IMG/VR virus record: IMGVR_UViG_3300031999_000035
Span: 1 to 50,318 of that record
From: a virus
Taxonomy: Duplodnaviria > Caudoviricetes
Length of the DNA stretch: 50,318 nt
Strand: one strand, 5' to 3'
Position 1 is the first letter of the stretch. The number at the start of each line of letters is the position of its first letter. Below, one piece after another: positions 1 through 8,272 of the stretch. Position numbers and translations under genes: made by a program. Below the pieces are notes generated by a model, which ran no database searches, was not told the DNA's origin, and saw only the letters and a list, made by a program, of their open reading frames with translations.

Positions 1-254
1 AGGTCTGCCCGCTCCATTTGCAAAGCTCCCTTCCAAAACTTTCGAGGTGAACGCATCTTTGTAAGCTTGAGATAAGTCCCAGCAGGTCGATGTCATGCCT
101 AAGTTGGATGCTGCCAGTAAGGTATTACCGCTGCCGCCAAAGGGTACAAGAACTCTGCCGTGAGGAGGGGCAAAGCACTCTAGCACAGCCATCATCAAGT
201 CGACAGGGCGTTCGGTTGGATGCACCTTGTGGTCTGCATGGACTGGGGGAAAGT
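1..254. repeat. Terminal direct repeat / circular assembly overlap (copy 1)
   Basis: Identical to 50065-50318 except position 127 (A) vs 50191 (G). It falls in the middle of a gene, so it indicates circularity rather than a physical terminal repeat. Confidence 0.95.
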
Positions 255-1320
255 TAAATATATTGCTTCTTCCTTGCTTATAAAGAACCGCATTGCCCTT
301 ACGAGCATAGAAAAAGGGCTCATAGCAAGAAGCCATGTAGCGGTCAGGCCACATAGTTTGACCAAAAGGCTTAGTCCATATAGCAGGATTACAGAAGGAG
401 AAGTTATGCTTCTTTAAAAGATCTTCAATAGTGTGATACCAGGGATGCATGCCAAACCATAGAATTAGCCATCCATCACTGAGAAGGAGTCTCTTAACCT
501 CAGCAATAAGCTTATCAAGAAAGTCTGAATATCCATCTTTAGCTACCTCGTGATAGTCTGCTAGGTTGGTGTCAACTCCCTTCTTGTGTGTTGCTATATC
601 TATAGCATAATCTGGATCTACCTCGGCCACGTGAAAGGAACGAGATGGGAGTTCTGCTGCTCCAGCAAAAAAGTCTCCAACATGGTAGTTGGCTATTAGC
701 TGGCGTTTAAAGTCTGCTTGATTGTCTCTAGCCAAGATTATATCAGCCCGCTTGGTTAATTCAGAGCGAAGATAACTCTCCTCAATTCGCTTGAACTTTT
801 TAAGAGCCTCAGTGGCTGTCTTACACTCAGCAAGGGATGGAACTACATCAAGGGCATTAGCTATTTCGAGTTCTCGTTGGACTGTTGCTCGACTAACACC
901 AAAGAGAATAGCTGTGTCACTTTGACTATGACCACCACCAGAACCGTGTTGCTTGCCATACTTTTCCTCGTAAAGGGCATGGACTCGTTTGATTGAGTTG
1001 GCACGCTCAACAAAGGTTAGGTCCTCTCGGTTAATATTCTCAGCGAGTTCCGCTGCTTCATGGTCATACACATCGAGAGGCGGGTAGACGCTAGCTGGCG
1101 TGTCAATCCAGCCAAGGGATATAATGGCTATCATTCTACGTCCCCCTGCTACCAGTAAGTAGCCTGAGCCGTCTAGCTTCTCCTCAATTACAGGAGGATG
1201 CATTACACCACGCTCTTTAATATCAGCAGCAAGTTCTTCTATTCCGCTGTATACTTTTCTAGCGCGCTGCCCAAGGTCTATAGAGTCTATTAATACAGTC
1301 TTCTGTACTGGGAATATCAT
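1..1320 (-). CDS. ParB-like N-terminal domain + HTH + DNA amino-methyltransferase (beta-class N4C/N6A) fusion, 440 aa; stop codon lies across the junction at 50062-50064
   Basis: Manual translation from ATG 1320 (RBS GGAGGT): MIFPVQKTVLIDSIDLGQRARKVYSGIEELAADIKERGVMHPPVI...LLVAGGRRMIA (ParB GxRR), AENINREDL, HTH SQSDTAILFGVSRATVQREL, motif IV-like VDPDY, HPTERP, motif I VLVPFGGSGNT. The ORF track misses it because it runs off the window edge. Confidence 0.9.
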   Translation of the reverse strand, partial: MIFPVQKTVLIDSIDLGQRARKVYSGIEELAADIKERGVMHPPVIEEKLDGSGYLLVAGGRRMIAIISLGWIDTPASVYPPLDVYDHEAAELAENINREDLTFVERANSIKRVHALYEEKYGKQHGSGGGHSQSDTAILFGVSRATVQRELEIANALDVVPSLAECKTATEALKKFKRIEESYLRSELTKRADIILARDNQADFKRQLIANYHVGDFFAGAAELPSRSFHVAEVDPDYAIDIATHKKGVDTNLADYHEVAKDGYSDFLDKLIAEVKRLLLSDGWLILWFGMHPWYHTIEDLLKKHNFSFCNPAIWTKPFGQTMWPDRYMASCYEPFFYARKGNAVLYKQGRSNIFNFPPVHADHKVHPTERPVDLMMAVLECFAPPHGRVLVPFGGSGNTLLAASNLGMTSTCWDLSQAYKDAFTSKVLEGSFANGAGRP

Positions 1321-1396
1321 GCTACCTCCAAACTTTGTCTGTATTTTTGCCTTTGAGTAATGGATTCGGTTGGAACCGTCATCTGTCTAGGTTGGT

Positions 1397-1615
1397 TCAC
1401 CCTTCTCCTCCCTCGAGAATCGCAAGAAGTTTTATTAATTCCTCTTCTCCCATCTTGCTAATGTCAGTACCTACGCTCTTCGTAGCAGCGGCCTTTCGAT
1501 GCTTCTCAGGAAATACTCTACGATTCTGTCTTATTTCTTTGACACGCTGCATTAAATCCTCATCGGACATAACTCCGATGTTAGCTCGTAAGTCTTCAAG
1601 TCTCACTTTCATCAA
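1397..1615 (-). CDS. Hypothetical protein (72 aa)
   Basis: ORF with AGGAG RBS, packed in the minus-strand operon. Confidence 0.7.
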   Translation of the reverse strand: MMKVRLEDLRANIGVMSDEDLMQRVKEIRQNRRVFPEKHRKAAATKSVGTDISKMGEEELIKLLAILEGGEG

Positions 1616-1958
1616 CTCCTTTCAAGGCTATACCAATATGTAACATTAAATGGTGCATATGACATAGCCATATCACATCGAGAGGCTTGCTATAATCCAC
1701 ATGGTGTGCATCTGCATTAGGCTTTCCACATACGACGCACTGTCCCCTCTGTATATCCCCTCTACCTATAGCGTGATTAAGTTTGTTCCATGCAGTCTCT
1801 TGCTGTATATATCTTATAGGCATTTTAAGATGCAGTTTTTTCTTCTTGCATTGAACTGCCGCAGCAGTTCTATTTAGTGCATCAGCCAGCTCTGAGTTAG
1901 TCATATGCAGATTGTTGCGTATAATCTCTATATCAATAGCTCTCCATTTTCTACCCAT
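1596..1958 (-). CDS. HTH/Myb-like N-terminus + HNH-like zinc-binding domain protein
   Basis: W..IDIEIIRNN..MTNSELADALNRTAAAV followed by CVVCG...AHHVDYSKPLDVIWLCHMHH. Confidence 0.7.
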   Translation of the reverse strand: MGRKWRAIDIEIIRNNLHMTNSELADALNRTAAAVQCKKKKLHLKMPIRYIQQETAWNKLNHAIGRGDIQRGQCVVCGKPNADAHHVDYSKPLDVIWLCHMHHLMLHIGIALKGVDESET

Positions 1959-2172
1959 CTTTTATTCCTTTCAAGAAATCTTTAAGTTTTACATCTCTAT
2001 ATAGCAATCCACCTATTACCTTCGCTGGGTTTTCCTGAAGCATTTCTATGAAGTCAGAGACAATAAGCTGAAAGATTCTCTTTTGACTTCCATATGGAAG
2101 ATACCGTTGTAGCACCAAGTGCTGCTCCTCCGTTATCTCAATGTTACAAATCCTATGTCGGCTCTGCGGCAC
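1951..2172 (-). CDS. Hypothetical protein, possible ribbon-helix-helix DNA-binding protein
   Basis: GTG start with GAGG RBS; alternating strand RICNIEI followed by two helices (TEEQHLVLQRY / GSQKRIFQLIV). Confidence 0.55.
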   Translation of the reverse strand: MPQSRHRICNIEITEEQHLVLQRYLPYGSQKRIFQLIVSDFIEMLQENPAKVIGGLLYRDVKLKDFLKGIKDG

Positions 2173-2180
2173 CTAAGACC

Positions 2181-2360
2181 TCACTTTTCAATAGTAAGAC
2201 GAATGTTGATTGACTCACAGCCAAGGGGATTAGTGATAAGCTCGATAGTCGTCTTGCATTCCATACCATCGAAATTAAGAATATAGTCGATTCTCCTAAG
2301 GTCACCCTTGGTCATAGTGCGGATAGCTGCTTCGATTGCAGCAAGGAATGGTTCATTCAT
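2181..2360 (-). CDS. Hypothetical protein (59 aa, MNEPFLAAIEAAIRTMTKG...)
   Basis: Manual translation; AAGGAG RBS; fills the gap between neighbouring genes. Confidence 0.65.
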   Translation of the reverse strand: MNEPFLAAIEAAIRTMTKGDLRRIDYILNFDGMECKTTIELITNPLGCESINIRLTIEK

Positions 2361-2379
2361 GGTCTGCTCCTTTTAGTGA

Positions 2380-2421
2380 GGGTGCCAATGGGCTGCGATT
2401 TTGCCCACTGGCTGCCCTTTT
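2380..2421. terminator. GC-rich stem-loop (terminator or RNA processing site)
   Basis: GGGTGCCAATGGGC...GCCCACTGGCTGCCC followed by TTTT on the + strand; intergenic and abutting palindrome copy 1. Confidence 0.45.
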
Positions 2422-2422
2422 A

Positions 2423-2449
2423 AACTCCTACCAATTATTGGCAAGAGTT
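2423..2449. repeat. 27-bp dispersed palindrome, copy 1
   Basis: AACTCCTACCAA-TTA-TTGGCAAGAGTT, 3 nt downstream of the SSB stop codon. Confidence 0.9.
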
Positions 2450-2452
2450 ACA

Positions 2453-2851
2453 TCACTTCTCCGCTATGAAAGTTTTGATTTTGTTTCTTGGAACTCCCTC
2501 CCACTCCTCAGTGGTTAGGATAGCCCATGCCGTTGCACCAATCACATCTTGGTTTATATTGACAGGCTGACTATAGTCAATACCAAAGGCTCTGTAGAAT
2601 TTACGAAGACCAATAGAGGTTCTCCTTCTCTGCTTCTCGTCGTCGTCCTTCCTTGGAACCCAGAGAGTGTAGAACACGTCGTCGGCGTTGGGAAATTCAA
2701 GAAGCTCCAATATTATCTGTATTCTTCCTTCTTCCGCATGCTTTCTGTCAGCGGAGCGTATTCTGACTTTGGCTTCCGTGTCTGCTGGCACTGGCTCGAA
2801 GTCAATACTGTCTCCAACGTCGTAGTTGAGCAGGCTGTTTTCTTCTGTCAT
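2453..2851 (-). CDS. Putative single-stranded DNA-binding protein (DUF669-like OB fold)
   Basis: DFEPVPA..EAKVRI N-terminus, EEWEGVPRNKIKTF C-terminus; lies in the Sak4/nuclease module. Confidence 0.6.
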   Translation of the reverse strand: MTEENSLLNYDVGDSIDFEPVPADTEAKVRIRSADRKHAEEGRIQIILELLEFPNADDVFYTLWVPRKDDDEKQRRRTSIGLRKFYRAFGIDYSQPVNINQDVIGATAWAILTTEEWEGVPRNKIKTFIAEK

Positions 2852-3429
2852 TTCTTAATCCCTTCTTTTAAAGTGTTGAAGATTTCCTCTACGATGATGG
2901 CATCGTAAAGGGCATTGTGCGTTGACTTTTCATCAACTTTTACTCCAAAGGCTTTTGCTACATCAATAAGCTTACCAGAAGGCATGGAAAGAAATTTATA
3001 TCCAAGATAAATCGCTGCTACTGAATAAATGTCAATAGCGAGAGTATGAAACCATGAGCCAAAGAACTTTCCACTGAGTGGGTCAACCTTGAGGAACCAT
3101 GCCCTTAAGAATTCAAGGTCAAAGCGGACATTGTAGCCAACGACGATGAACTTGTCTTGCTTGTTAAACTTATCGACCCATTCGCCAAGTTCTAGCAATA
3201 GCCGCTGATAAGCCTTAGCAGGCTCGAGACCTTCAATTAATATCTGGTCTAGACTTTTACCCTGAACAGCGAGAGCCCTCATATTTATATCAGTATCATC
3301 AAGAGGGCGAATATTCAGGAGAGTCTGAACAGACCTGGTTTCATCCTTTCTGATATAGCCCAGCTGAGTGATGGTATGACGCTGAGGGTCGAGTCCAGTG
3401 GTTTCGACGTCGAAGATGAAGTATTTCAT
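2848..3429 (-). CDS. DEDDh 3'-5' exonuclease (DnaQ/epsilon-like)
   Basis: FDVETTG (ExoI), GYNVRFD (ExoII), HNALYDA (ExoIII). Confidence 0.9.
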   Translation of the reverse strand: MKYFIFDVETTGLDPQRHTITQLGYIRKDETRSVQTLLNIRPLDDTDINMRALAVQGKSLDQILIEGLEPAKAYQRLLLELGEWVDKFNKQDKFIVVGYNVRFDLEFLRAWFLKVDPLSGKFFGSWFHTLAIDIYSVAAIYLGYKFLSMPSGKLIDVAKAFGVKVDEKSTHNALYDAIIVEEIFNTLKEGIKK

Positions 3430-3469
3430 TAGAGTCTTACCTCAGTCTCAATTATCATTTGTTTCTCCC

Positions 3470-4366
3470 TTAAGTGATTTTAGGTTTATCTTCCCATGAT
3501 TTACCTGCTTTCTTCAGTAGTTCTCTGATGTTTGGTTCTTCATATTGTGCAAATGTAGTCCCTCCCATTCTAGTCTTTGCCTGATAGAGACCATCGCTGT
3601 GAGTTAGAATTTGATGCTTAGGTCCTTGAGAGCTGCTCTTTACTATCATTACGTAGTTCTCATCAAACACCAGCGGAAATTGCATTGCTAACTTTCCCCA
3701 CATTAGCATATCAGCGTGCTGATTTACCACGTTTCCTTCATCATTTTTCTCCGTTATAAATGTTAGATGTCCTGTTACTAGGGTATGACAGGGAAGAGAC
3801 ATAATGTCTCGCTTTAGGATGTTTGCTGCCTCAAGCTGTTGATGGAGATAATCAGACTCATAAGGATTACCGCCAGCGTGAGGCCTTACGCCCTTGCCTT
3901 TCCCTGTCTTCATAATCTGTCCCATGAGAGCAACCACCCAGTTTGTAGCGCTGTCGATGCTGTAGGTTCCGATGTAATCGAAGTAGCCATTCGCTCGCTT
4001 CTCGGTGAAGGACCTTTCCCATCGGCGGTAAGTGAACGGAGCATCCCAGTCGTCGTTCTCGTACCGCTCGATAAAGACATCTCCGTTGGCTATCAGCGGC
4101 TGGAGAGCAGCAGTTGTAGTTCCTCCTGGGTCGAAGGAATCTATATGCACTGGAGTCGGACAGGTTGAAAGAAGTTGGGTCTTTCCAGAGCCATGAACTC
4201 CAGCCACAAGAATGTTGCTGTAAATAGAGGAACTCCGGCTGTAGAGTTCCCGTATCTTAGCTATATGCTGTTTTACGATAAGAAGTTTTTCTTCGTTCAT
4301 TACTTCACGCTCCTTCCCCGATGTGTTTAGCAGGTCACCAAACCACTCATAGAACTTGTAGAACAC
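3470..4366 (-). CDS. AAA_24 / Sak4-like P-loop ATPase (start may be ATG 4300)
   Basis: Walker A GVHGSGKT, Walker B-like YSIDSAT, C-terminal AKTR; lies between a nuclease and an SSB. Confidence 0.8.
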   Translation of the reverse strand: MFYKFYEWFGDLLNTSGKEREVMNEEKLLIVKQHIAKIRELYSRSSSIYSNILVAGVHGSGKTQLLSTCPTPVHIDSFDPGGTTTAALQPLIANGDVFIERYENDDWDAPFTYRRWERSFTEKRANGYFDYIGTYSIDSATNWVVALMGQIMKTGKGKGVRPHAGGNPYESDYLHQQLEAANILKRDIMSLPCHTLVTGHLTFITEKNDEGNVVNQHADMLMWGKLAMQFPLVFDENYVMIVKSSSQGPKHQILTHSDGLYQAKTRMGGTTFAQYEEPNIRELLKKAGKSWEDKPKIT

Positions 4367-4547
4367 TTACCTCCTTAGTCTCATCCCTTCTTACCTTTTC
4401 AGGTAGACCTAAGCTAATAGGTAGACGTAACGCTCTGCATAAAGGTCTTGCTAAAACATCTGGGATGACGTGGTGTCCGTTTACGCCTGGCGCCGCCACT
4501 TCAAATGCTATCCTATTGTTACTCATACGAAAGGCTCTAACGTACAC
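4347..4547 (-). CDS. Hypothetical protein; probably the C-terminal half of a frameshifted gene shared with 4523-4765
   Basis: The frame is open upstream to the G7 run at 4590-4596; the GTG start has no RBS. Confidence 0.45.
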   Translation of the reverse strand: MYVRAFRMSNNRIAFEVAAPGVNGHHVIPDVLARPLCRALRLPISLGLPEKVRRDETKEVSVLQVL

Positions 4548-4765
4548 ATTGTCAGGCAGACGAATAGTGTAGTAGGCACTAACTTCATTGGGGGGGTGGG
4601 CTCTCTAAGAGCTGTAGTTGACACGAAATGTATAGTTCTATCTCTCAATAAAACACTGTAGCAACCCGCTCCTGTAGATAAAACGGTGCCTAGAACATTA
4701 GTTTCACCATTATCCCATACTACTATAGAATCTATAGGAAATGTAACTTCAATATTGTTTGTCAT
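4523..4765 (-). CDS. Hypothetical protein
   Basis: GGAGG RBS; ATGA coupling to the upstream nuclease gene. Confidence 0.6.
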   Translation of the reverse strand: MTNNIEVTFPIDSIVVWDNGETNVLGTVLSTGAGCYSVLLRDRTIHFVSTTALREPTPPMKLVPTTLFVCLTMCTLEPFV

Positions 4766-5739
4766 AGCTCAACTACCTCCTTAGCTTCGTTGAATTTCCC
4801 CCGTGGATCCCAATGGTCTATTTTGAGCCCTATCGGAGGCTGGTCAGCTTGCTGTAATGGATTTAGCCATGCAGTGCAGAACGGGCTATAGAGACAACCA
4901 AAGTATTTAGTGCAGGCTCTCGGGTTCTTTGGAAATGCCTTGAGAATATCATCAGATTCTGTTGCATTATTAAGCTTGTCGAACTCATTCTCGAGAAGCA
5001 CAAGCCAGTAAGTCACGGTGTTTAGCCAGTCCTGCATCAGCTTAGGGGTCTTGGCTACCGGAACCCGATGGAACTCAGTATCTTTAGCGTTTGCGTAGGG
5101 AGTTCCATCCTTCTTGAGCTTTAAGGGCTCGTGGACAAATATTCCGTTGATACGAACGCCATAGACATTCTCGGGAGGGTACATACAGAAGAGAACATGA
5201 CTGTAAGTTCCAATCTGGATAGATTGAGTCCATTCAAGAGCCCACAGACCACGGAAGGTGGTTCCGGTTTTGTGCTCAAGACTGAAGATTCTATCATCTT
5301 TATTTTTGCAGATGGTATCCTGCTTAAAGTAGAGCTTTCTACCATCTTCGTCAAGTAGGACGGAGCCGGCAACTTCGCTGTGGAGAATCTCAAAGTCGTC
5401 AATGGGAGCGTAAAAGTCTCGATACATTTCGAGGGCGCGGGTAGTGCATTCTATATTCTTCGGGCTGTTAGCTTCATCCATATCAGGAGCAAAGATGGAT
5501 CTGTAATGCTCAGTATACTCCACCATAGCTCTAGCCAACGCAGCGTCGCTAAAGTCAGGCTTTCCGACTGGATAGAAACACTCCATTGCCTTGTGAACCG
5601 CTATTCCATGCTCGAGATGAACTGATACTGCCTCACTACGCCAGCCAAGAATGTACTCAAAGAAGTACTGGCGGGGGCAGTCCAAATAAGTTTGGAGTTT
5701 CGATGAGTCTTGGATATTCCATGTCTCTTGTTCTTTCAT
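4762..5739 (-). CDS. PD-(D/E)XK Cas4/RecB-like exonuclease with probable Fe-S cluster
   Basis: SSKLQTYLDCPRQY, G.AVHKAME, D...EHKT, Q...Y, C-terminal CTKYFGCLYSPFC. Confidence 0.85.
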   Translation of the reverse strand: MKEQETWNIQDSSKLQTYLDCPRQYFFEYILGWRSEAVSVHLEHGIAVHKAMECFYPVGKPDFSDAALARAMVEYTEHYRSIFAPDMDEANSPKNIECTTRALEMYRDFYAPIDDFEILHSEVAGSVLLDEDGRKLYFKQDTICKNKDDRIFSLEHKTGTTFRGLWALEWTQSIQIGTYSHVLFCMYPPENVYGVRINGIFVHEPLKLKKDGTPYANAKDTEFHRVPVAKTPKLMQDWLNTVTYWLVLLENEFDKLNNATESDDILKAFPKNPRACTKYFGCLYSPFCTAWLNPLQQADQPPIGLKIDHWDPRGKFNEAKEVVEL

Positions 5740-5939
5740 TCTAGTCCTCTAGGTCTTCCAAAGAGTTTATCCAGCAGCCAATAAAGACAGCAGTCCAACT
5801 TAGCTGCAGCCTTATGATAGCAGCCGCCTATAGTAGGCCAACCAAACAGGCGGCTTAGGAAAGATAGAAGCACTACTAACGAACAGCCCGATAAGGTAAA
5901 GCAAACAACAGCAAAGATGTAGCAGATTGTTAGAGTCAT
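5736..5939 (-). CDS. Small membrane protein
   Basis: Hydrophobic N-terminal ~25 aa; ATGA overlaps on both sides. Confidence 0.6.
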   Translation of the reverse strand: MTLTICYIFAVVCFTLSGCSLVVLLSFLSRLFGWPTIGGCYHKAAAKLDCCLYWLLDKLFGRPRGLE

Positions 5940-6109
5940 TTTGCCTCCACTGTTACCTCAATGATGTCTGGAAAACCACCAAGTTGGGTCTTTGATGTAA
6001 GCTTCGGGATATAGAGAATTCCGATGAGCGGAGCATCTCCGGTCTCGGTATAGCGCCAAGTCCCTTTGGTCTCACGTTCCTTCTTCATGGTAATTTTAAA
6101 TGATCTCAT
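5936..6109 (-). CDS. Hypothetical protein (57 aa, MRSFKITMKKERETKGTWRY...)
   Basis: Manual translation; GGAGG RBS; ATGA coupling at both ends. Confidence 0.7.
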   Translation of the reverse strand: MRSFKITMKKERETKGTWRYTETGDAPLIGILYIPKLTSKTQLGGFPDIIEVTVEAK

Positions 6110-6432
6110 CTACTGCCCTCCTGCATTAGTTTAGATAAAACATTAAACTTGACATCTCTCACAATGTCGAGAATCTGCTTTCTTCCCCAGTTTGTCTTAC
6201 TGCCCATGCGAGCATCAAGAGCATCCTCGAAGGCATTAAGAGCAGCCACAATCGCCTCTGCTTTTGTCATGTTTCTTCTCCCTTCTATTGCATCTGGGAA
6301 AACTTGAGTACCAAATTTCCAATTTAGGTGAAAGCGGTTGATAAAACCCTGAGTCATAATGATTAACTCACCAAAGGTCTTTGCCTGAGAGTAGTCATGC
6401 CCACCAGCGTTGATTATGAAGACCTTAGCCAT
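6106..6432 (-). CDS. Hypothetical protein (possible fusion; internal start at 6270)
   Basis: ATG 6432 downstream of an AGGAGG; second in-frame ATG 6270 with a GGGAG RBS. Confidence 0.55.
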   Translation of the reverse strand: MAKVFIINAGGHDYSQAKTFGELIIMTQGFINRFHLNWKFGTQVFPDAIEGRRNMTKAEAIVAALNAFEDALDARMGSKTNWGRKQILDIVRDVKFNVLSKLMQEGSR

Positions 6433-7303
6433 TTGATGCATTGGCCTCCTTTATCTCCATCGTAACTGGTTCACGAGGCACACCTCGTTCTGTTAAGGCA
6501 AGATACTTAACAACGCAGAGCATGCCTGGAAGTTCTCCTCTGTGCCTCCACCAATAAGTCCGCTGTTGATGATCAAGACGACCAGCGCCCGCTTGAAAGC
6601 GATTACCAAGACTATCAATGAGGTCAAAGGCTCCGACCATGCCCTTAGGCTCTCCACTGATGCTGATAGCCTGCTGACAACCAGCTATCTTGTATGTGTC
6701 AGACTGCTGAGGTTTGATCTTTAAAATAGTGCCGACTTTTCCGTAGGTGTAAGGAGCTCGAGGGTCTCGAATGATGGCTCCTTCATAGCCCATGTCTACA
6801 AACGTGCTCACATAATATTGCCAGTTAGTCTTGTCGGATAGAAAAGTTGGAACTATCTTGATAGCGTCGTTGCTTGCGGCAAACGCTTGGGTGTCGCTGG
6901 AAAGGAGGTCAAGGCTACGAGGCTCCTGAGGTCTATCGTCCATAATATCAAAGATGTGGTAAGCTACCATCCAGTGATACCGGTCGATGCAGGTAGTCTT
7001 AGATACAATAGACATAATGTGCTGTAGCTTCAGATTTGGAGCAAAGACTTCTCCATCAAACATCTCATAACCACCAGTGGCATCTGCCATGTCATTTAGC
7101 GCCTTTACTATGTGGGGCACTGAATTAACTGGCAGGCACGTAGAGCTAAATAGCTTGTATGTGTCTTTGTACCATATGGCTGTGACTCTAACTCCATCGA
7201 GCTTTGGCTGAAACAGCACCTGCTCTGGCATTTTATCGAGCAAATGCTGCTCAAATGGCTTAGCCAGCATTATTCCTGTTCGTTTACGAGGTGGCATCTT
7301 CAA
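6425..7303 (-). CDS. ATP-dependent DNA ligase
   Basis: Motif I QPKLDGVR, motif III FDGEV, YHIFDI, motif IV YEGAIIR, motif V LKIKP, C-terminal OB fold ending GVPREP. Confidence 0.92.
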   Translation of the reverse strand: MKMPPRKRTGIMLAKPFEQHLLDKMPEQVLFQPKLDGVRVTAIWYKDTYKLFSSTCLPVNSVPHIVKALNDMADATGGYEMFDGEVFAPNLKLQHIMSIVSKTTCIDRYHWMVAYHIFDIMDDRPQEPRSLDLLSSDTQAFAASNDAIKIVPTFLSDKTNWQYYVSTFVDMGYEGAIIRDPRAPYTYGKVGTILKIKPQQSDTYKIAGCQQAISISGEPKGMVGAFDLIDSLGNRFQAGAGRLDHQQRTYWWRHRGELPGMLCVVKYLALTERGVPREPVTMEIKEANASNG

Positions 7304-7586
7304 CTCCTTCTAGTCTAGCCAAGCGAGCTGTCAGAGACGCTACCCGCTCAGTTAGGTGCTCATTTTGTGCTAGTATTACAGATATGGCATTCAGCATGGG
7401 CATAATTATCAGATAGATGTAGGGCATAGGGGAAGAGATATTCTTTGCACTCTCTTTATCTAGTGCGCACGCCGTAGCATACGCAGATAGTTCTATTATA
7501 CATTCTACCAGAACACTACTATCTTGCATATTACCTGGCATGGCTTTCATTATTCTATCTATGCCCTCTAACGTTAATCCGTCCAT
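7284..7586 (-). CDS. Hypothetical protein
   Basis: ATG 7586 with AAGGGG RBS; coiled-coil C-terminus. Confidence 0.6.
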   Translation of the reverse strand: MDGLTLEGIDRIMKAMPGNMQDSSVLVECIIELSAYATACALDKESAKNISSPMPYIYLIIMPMLNAISVILAQNEHLTERVASLTARLARLEGVEDATS

Positions 7587-7602
7587 GATTCTTCCCCTTT
7601 TT

Positions 7603-7632
7603 AGAAAGAGAGCTGGTATTGAGCCAGCTCTC
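7603..7632 (-). terminator. Intrinsic terminator
   Basis: GAGAGCTGG-7nt-CCAGCTCTC then TTTCT on the minus strand, just after the 7645 stop codon. Confidence 0.65.
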
Positions 7633-7644
7633 CTAAACCCGTCG

Positions 7645-8028
7645 TTATTCCTGCGCCTTGAGACTTGCAAGACGCTCCTCGAGTTCCTTGATAACATCCC
7701 TCTTTGTTGCAGCGCCGCTGTTGATTTTTGCGATGATGCCGGCGTAGATGTCCTTCGGCTTGCGCTCTACGCCAATCAGCGGAACATAAGCCTGTCCAAC
7801 CTGAATAGCCTGGGCATCTGTGTACTTAAAATTCCCAGCCTCATCACGTGCTTGGAGAGCTGCTCGTGTTACCCCGGCACACTTGATGGTCGCCATCTGA
7901 TCGAACAAATCACAGACAACCTTCTCGCCGAAGGCTGTAACCTTCTCGGCAAGAGTATCACCCCCGAAGTCTCTTTCGAACTCCACTTCACGGTCTGCTT
8001 TCGGCGCTGATACTGACATGCTTCTCAT
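7645..8028 (-). CDS. Hypothetical protein (127 aa)
   Basis: ATG 8028 with AAAGGAG RBS; the upstream extension in the ORF track runs through palindrome copy 2 and is probably not translated. Confidence 0.75.
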   Translation of the reverse strand: MRSMSVSAPKADREVEFERDFGGDTLAEKVTAFGEKVVCDLFDQMATIKCAGVTRAALQARDEAGNFKYTDAQAIQVGQAYVPLIGVERKPKDIYAGIIAKINSGAATKRDVIKELEERLASLKAQE

Positions 8029-8082
8029 ACTTGCTCCTTTCGTGTTGTGTTGTATTGCGTTGTGCCCAGGCGGGCAGTGTTT

Positions 8083-8109
8083 AACTCCTGCTAATTTTTG
8101 GTAGGAGTT
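8083..8109. repeat. 27-bp dispersed palindrome, copy 2
   Basis: AACTCCTGCTAA-TTT-TTGGTAGGAGTT; overlaps the TAA of the minus-strand ORF 8108-8272. Confidence 0.9.
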
Positions 8110-8272
8110 ACTTTGTACCTTTTGCTTTTGCCATGAAATATAAGACACCCCCAAACCAAGTAACAAGAATAGTTACGGCAATTACAGTAAGTATAGTTCT
8201 TAAGCCTGAATCACGCTGTTGCAGGGCGTAAATTGCTACCCATTGCAGTGAGTCTGTTATTGCTTGTGTCAT
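8108..8272 (-). CDS. Small membrane protein (54 aa, MTQAITDSLQWVAIYALQ...TILTVIAVTILVTWFGGVLYFMAKAKGTK)
   Basis: Manual translation; one clear TM segment followed by a basic tail. Confidence 0.6.
   Translation of the reverse strand: MTQAITDSLQWVAIYALQQRDSGLRTILTVIAVTILVTWFGGVLYFMAKAKGTK

Noticed and set aside
1-254. Physical direct terminal repeat of the virion DNA
   Set aside because: It interrupts a coding sequence, which is typical of an assembler circularisation overlap.
4762-5739. Cas4-like gene as evidence of a CRISPR-Cas system
   Set aside because: It is a solo nuclease in a standard recombination module with a Sak4-like ATPase and SSB; no cas1/cas2 or array is present.
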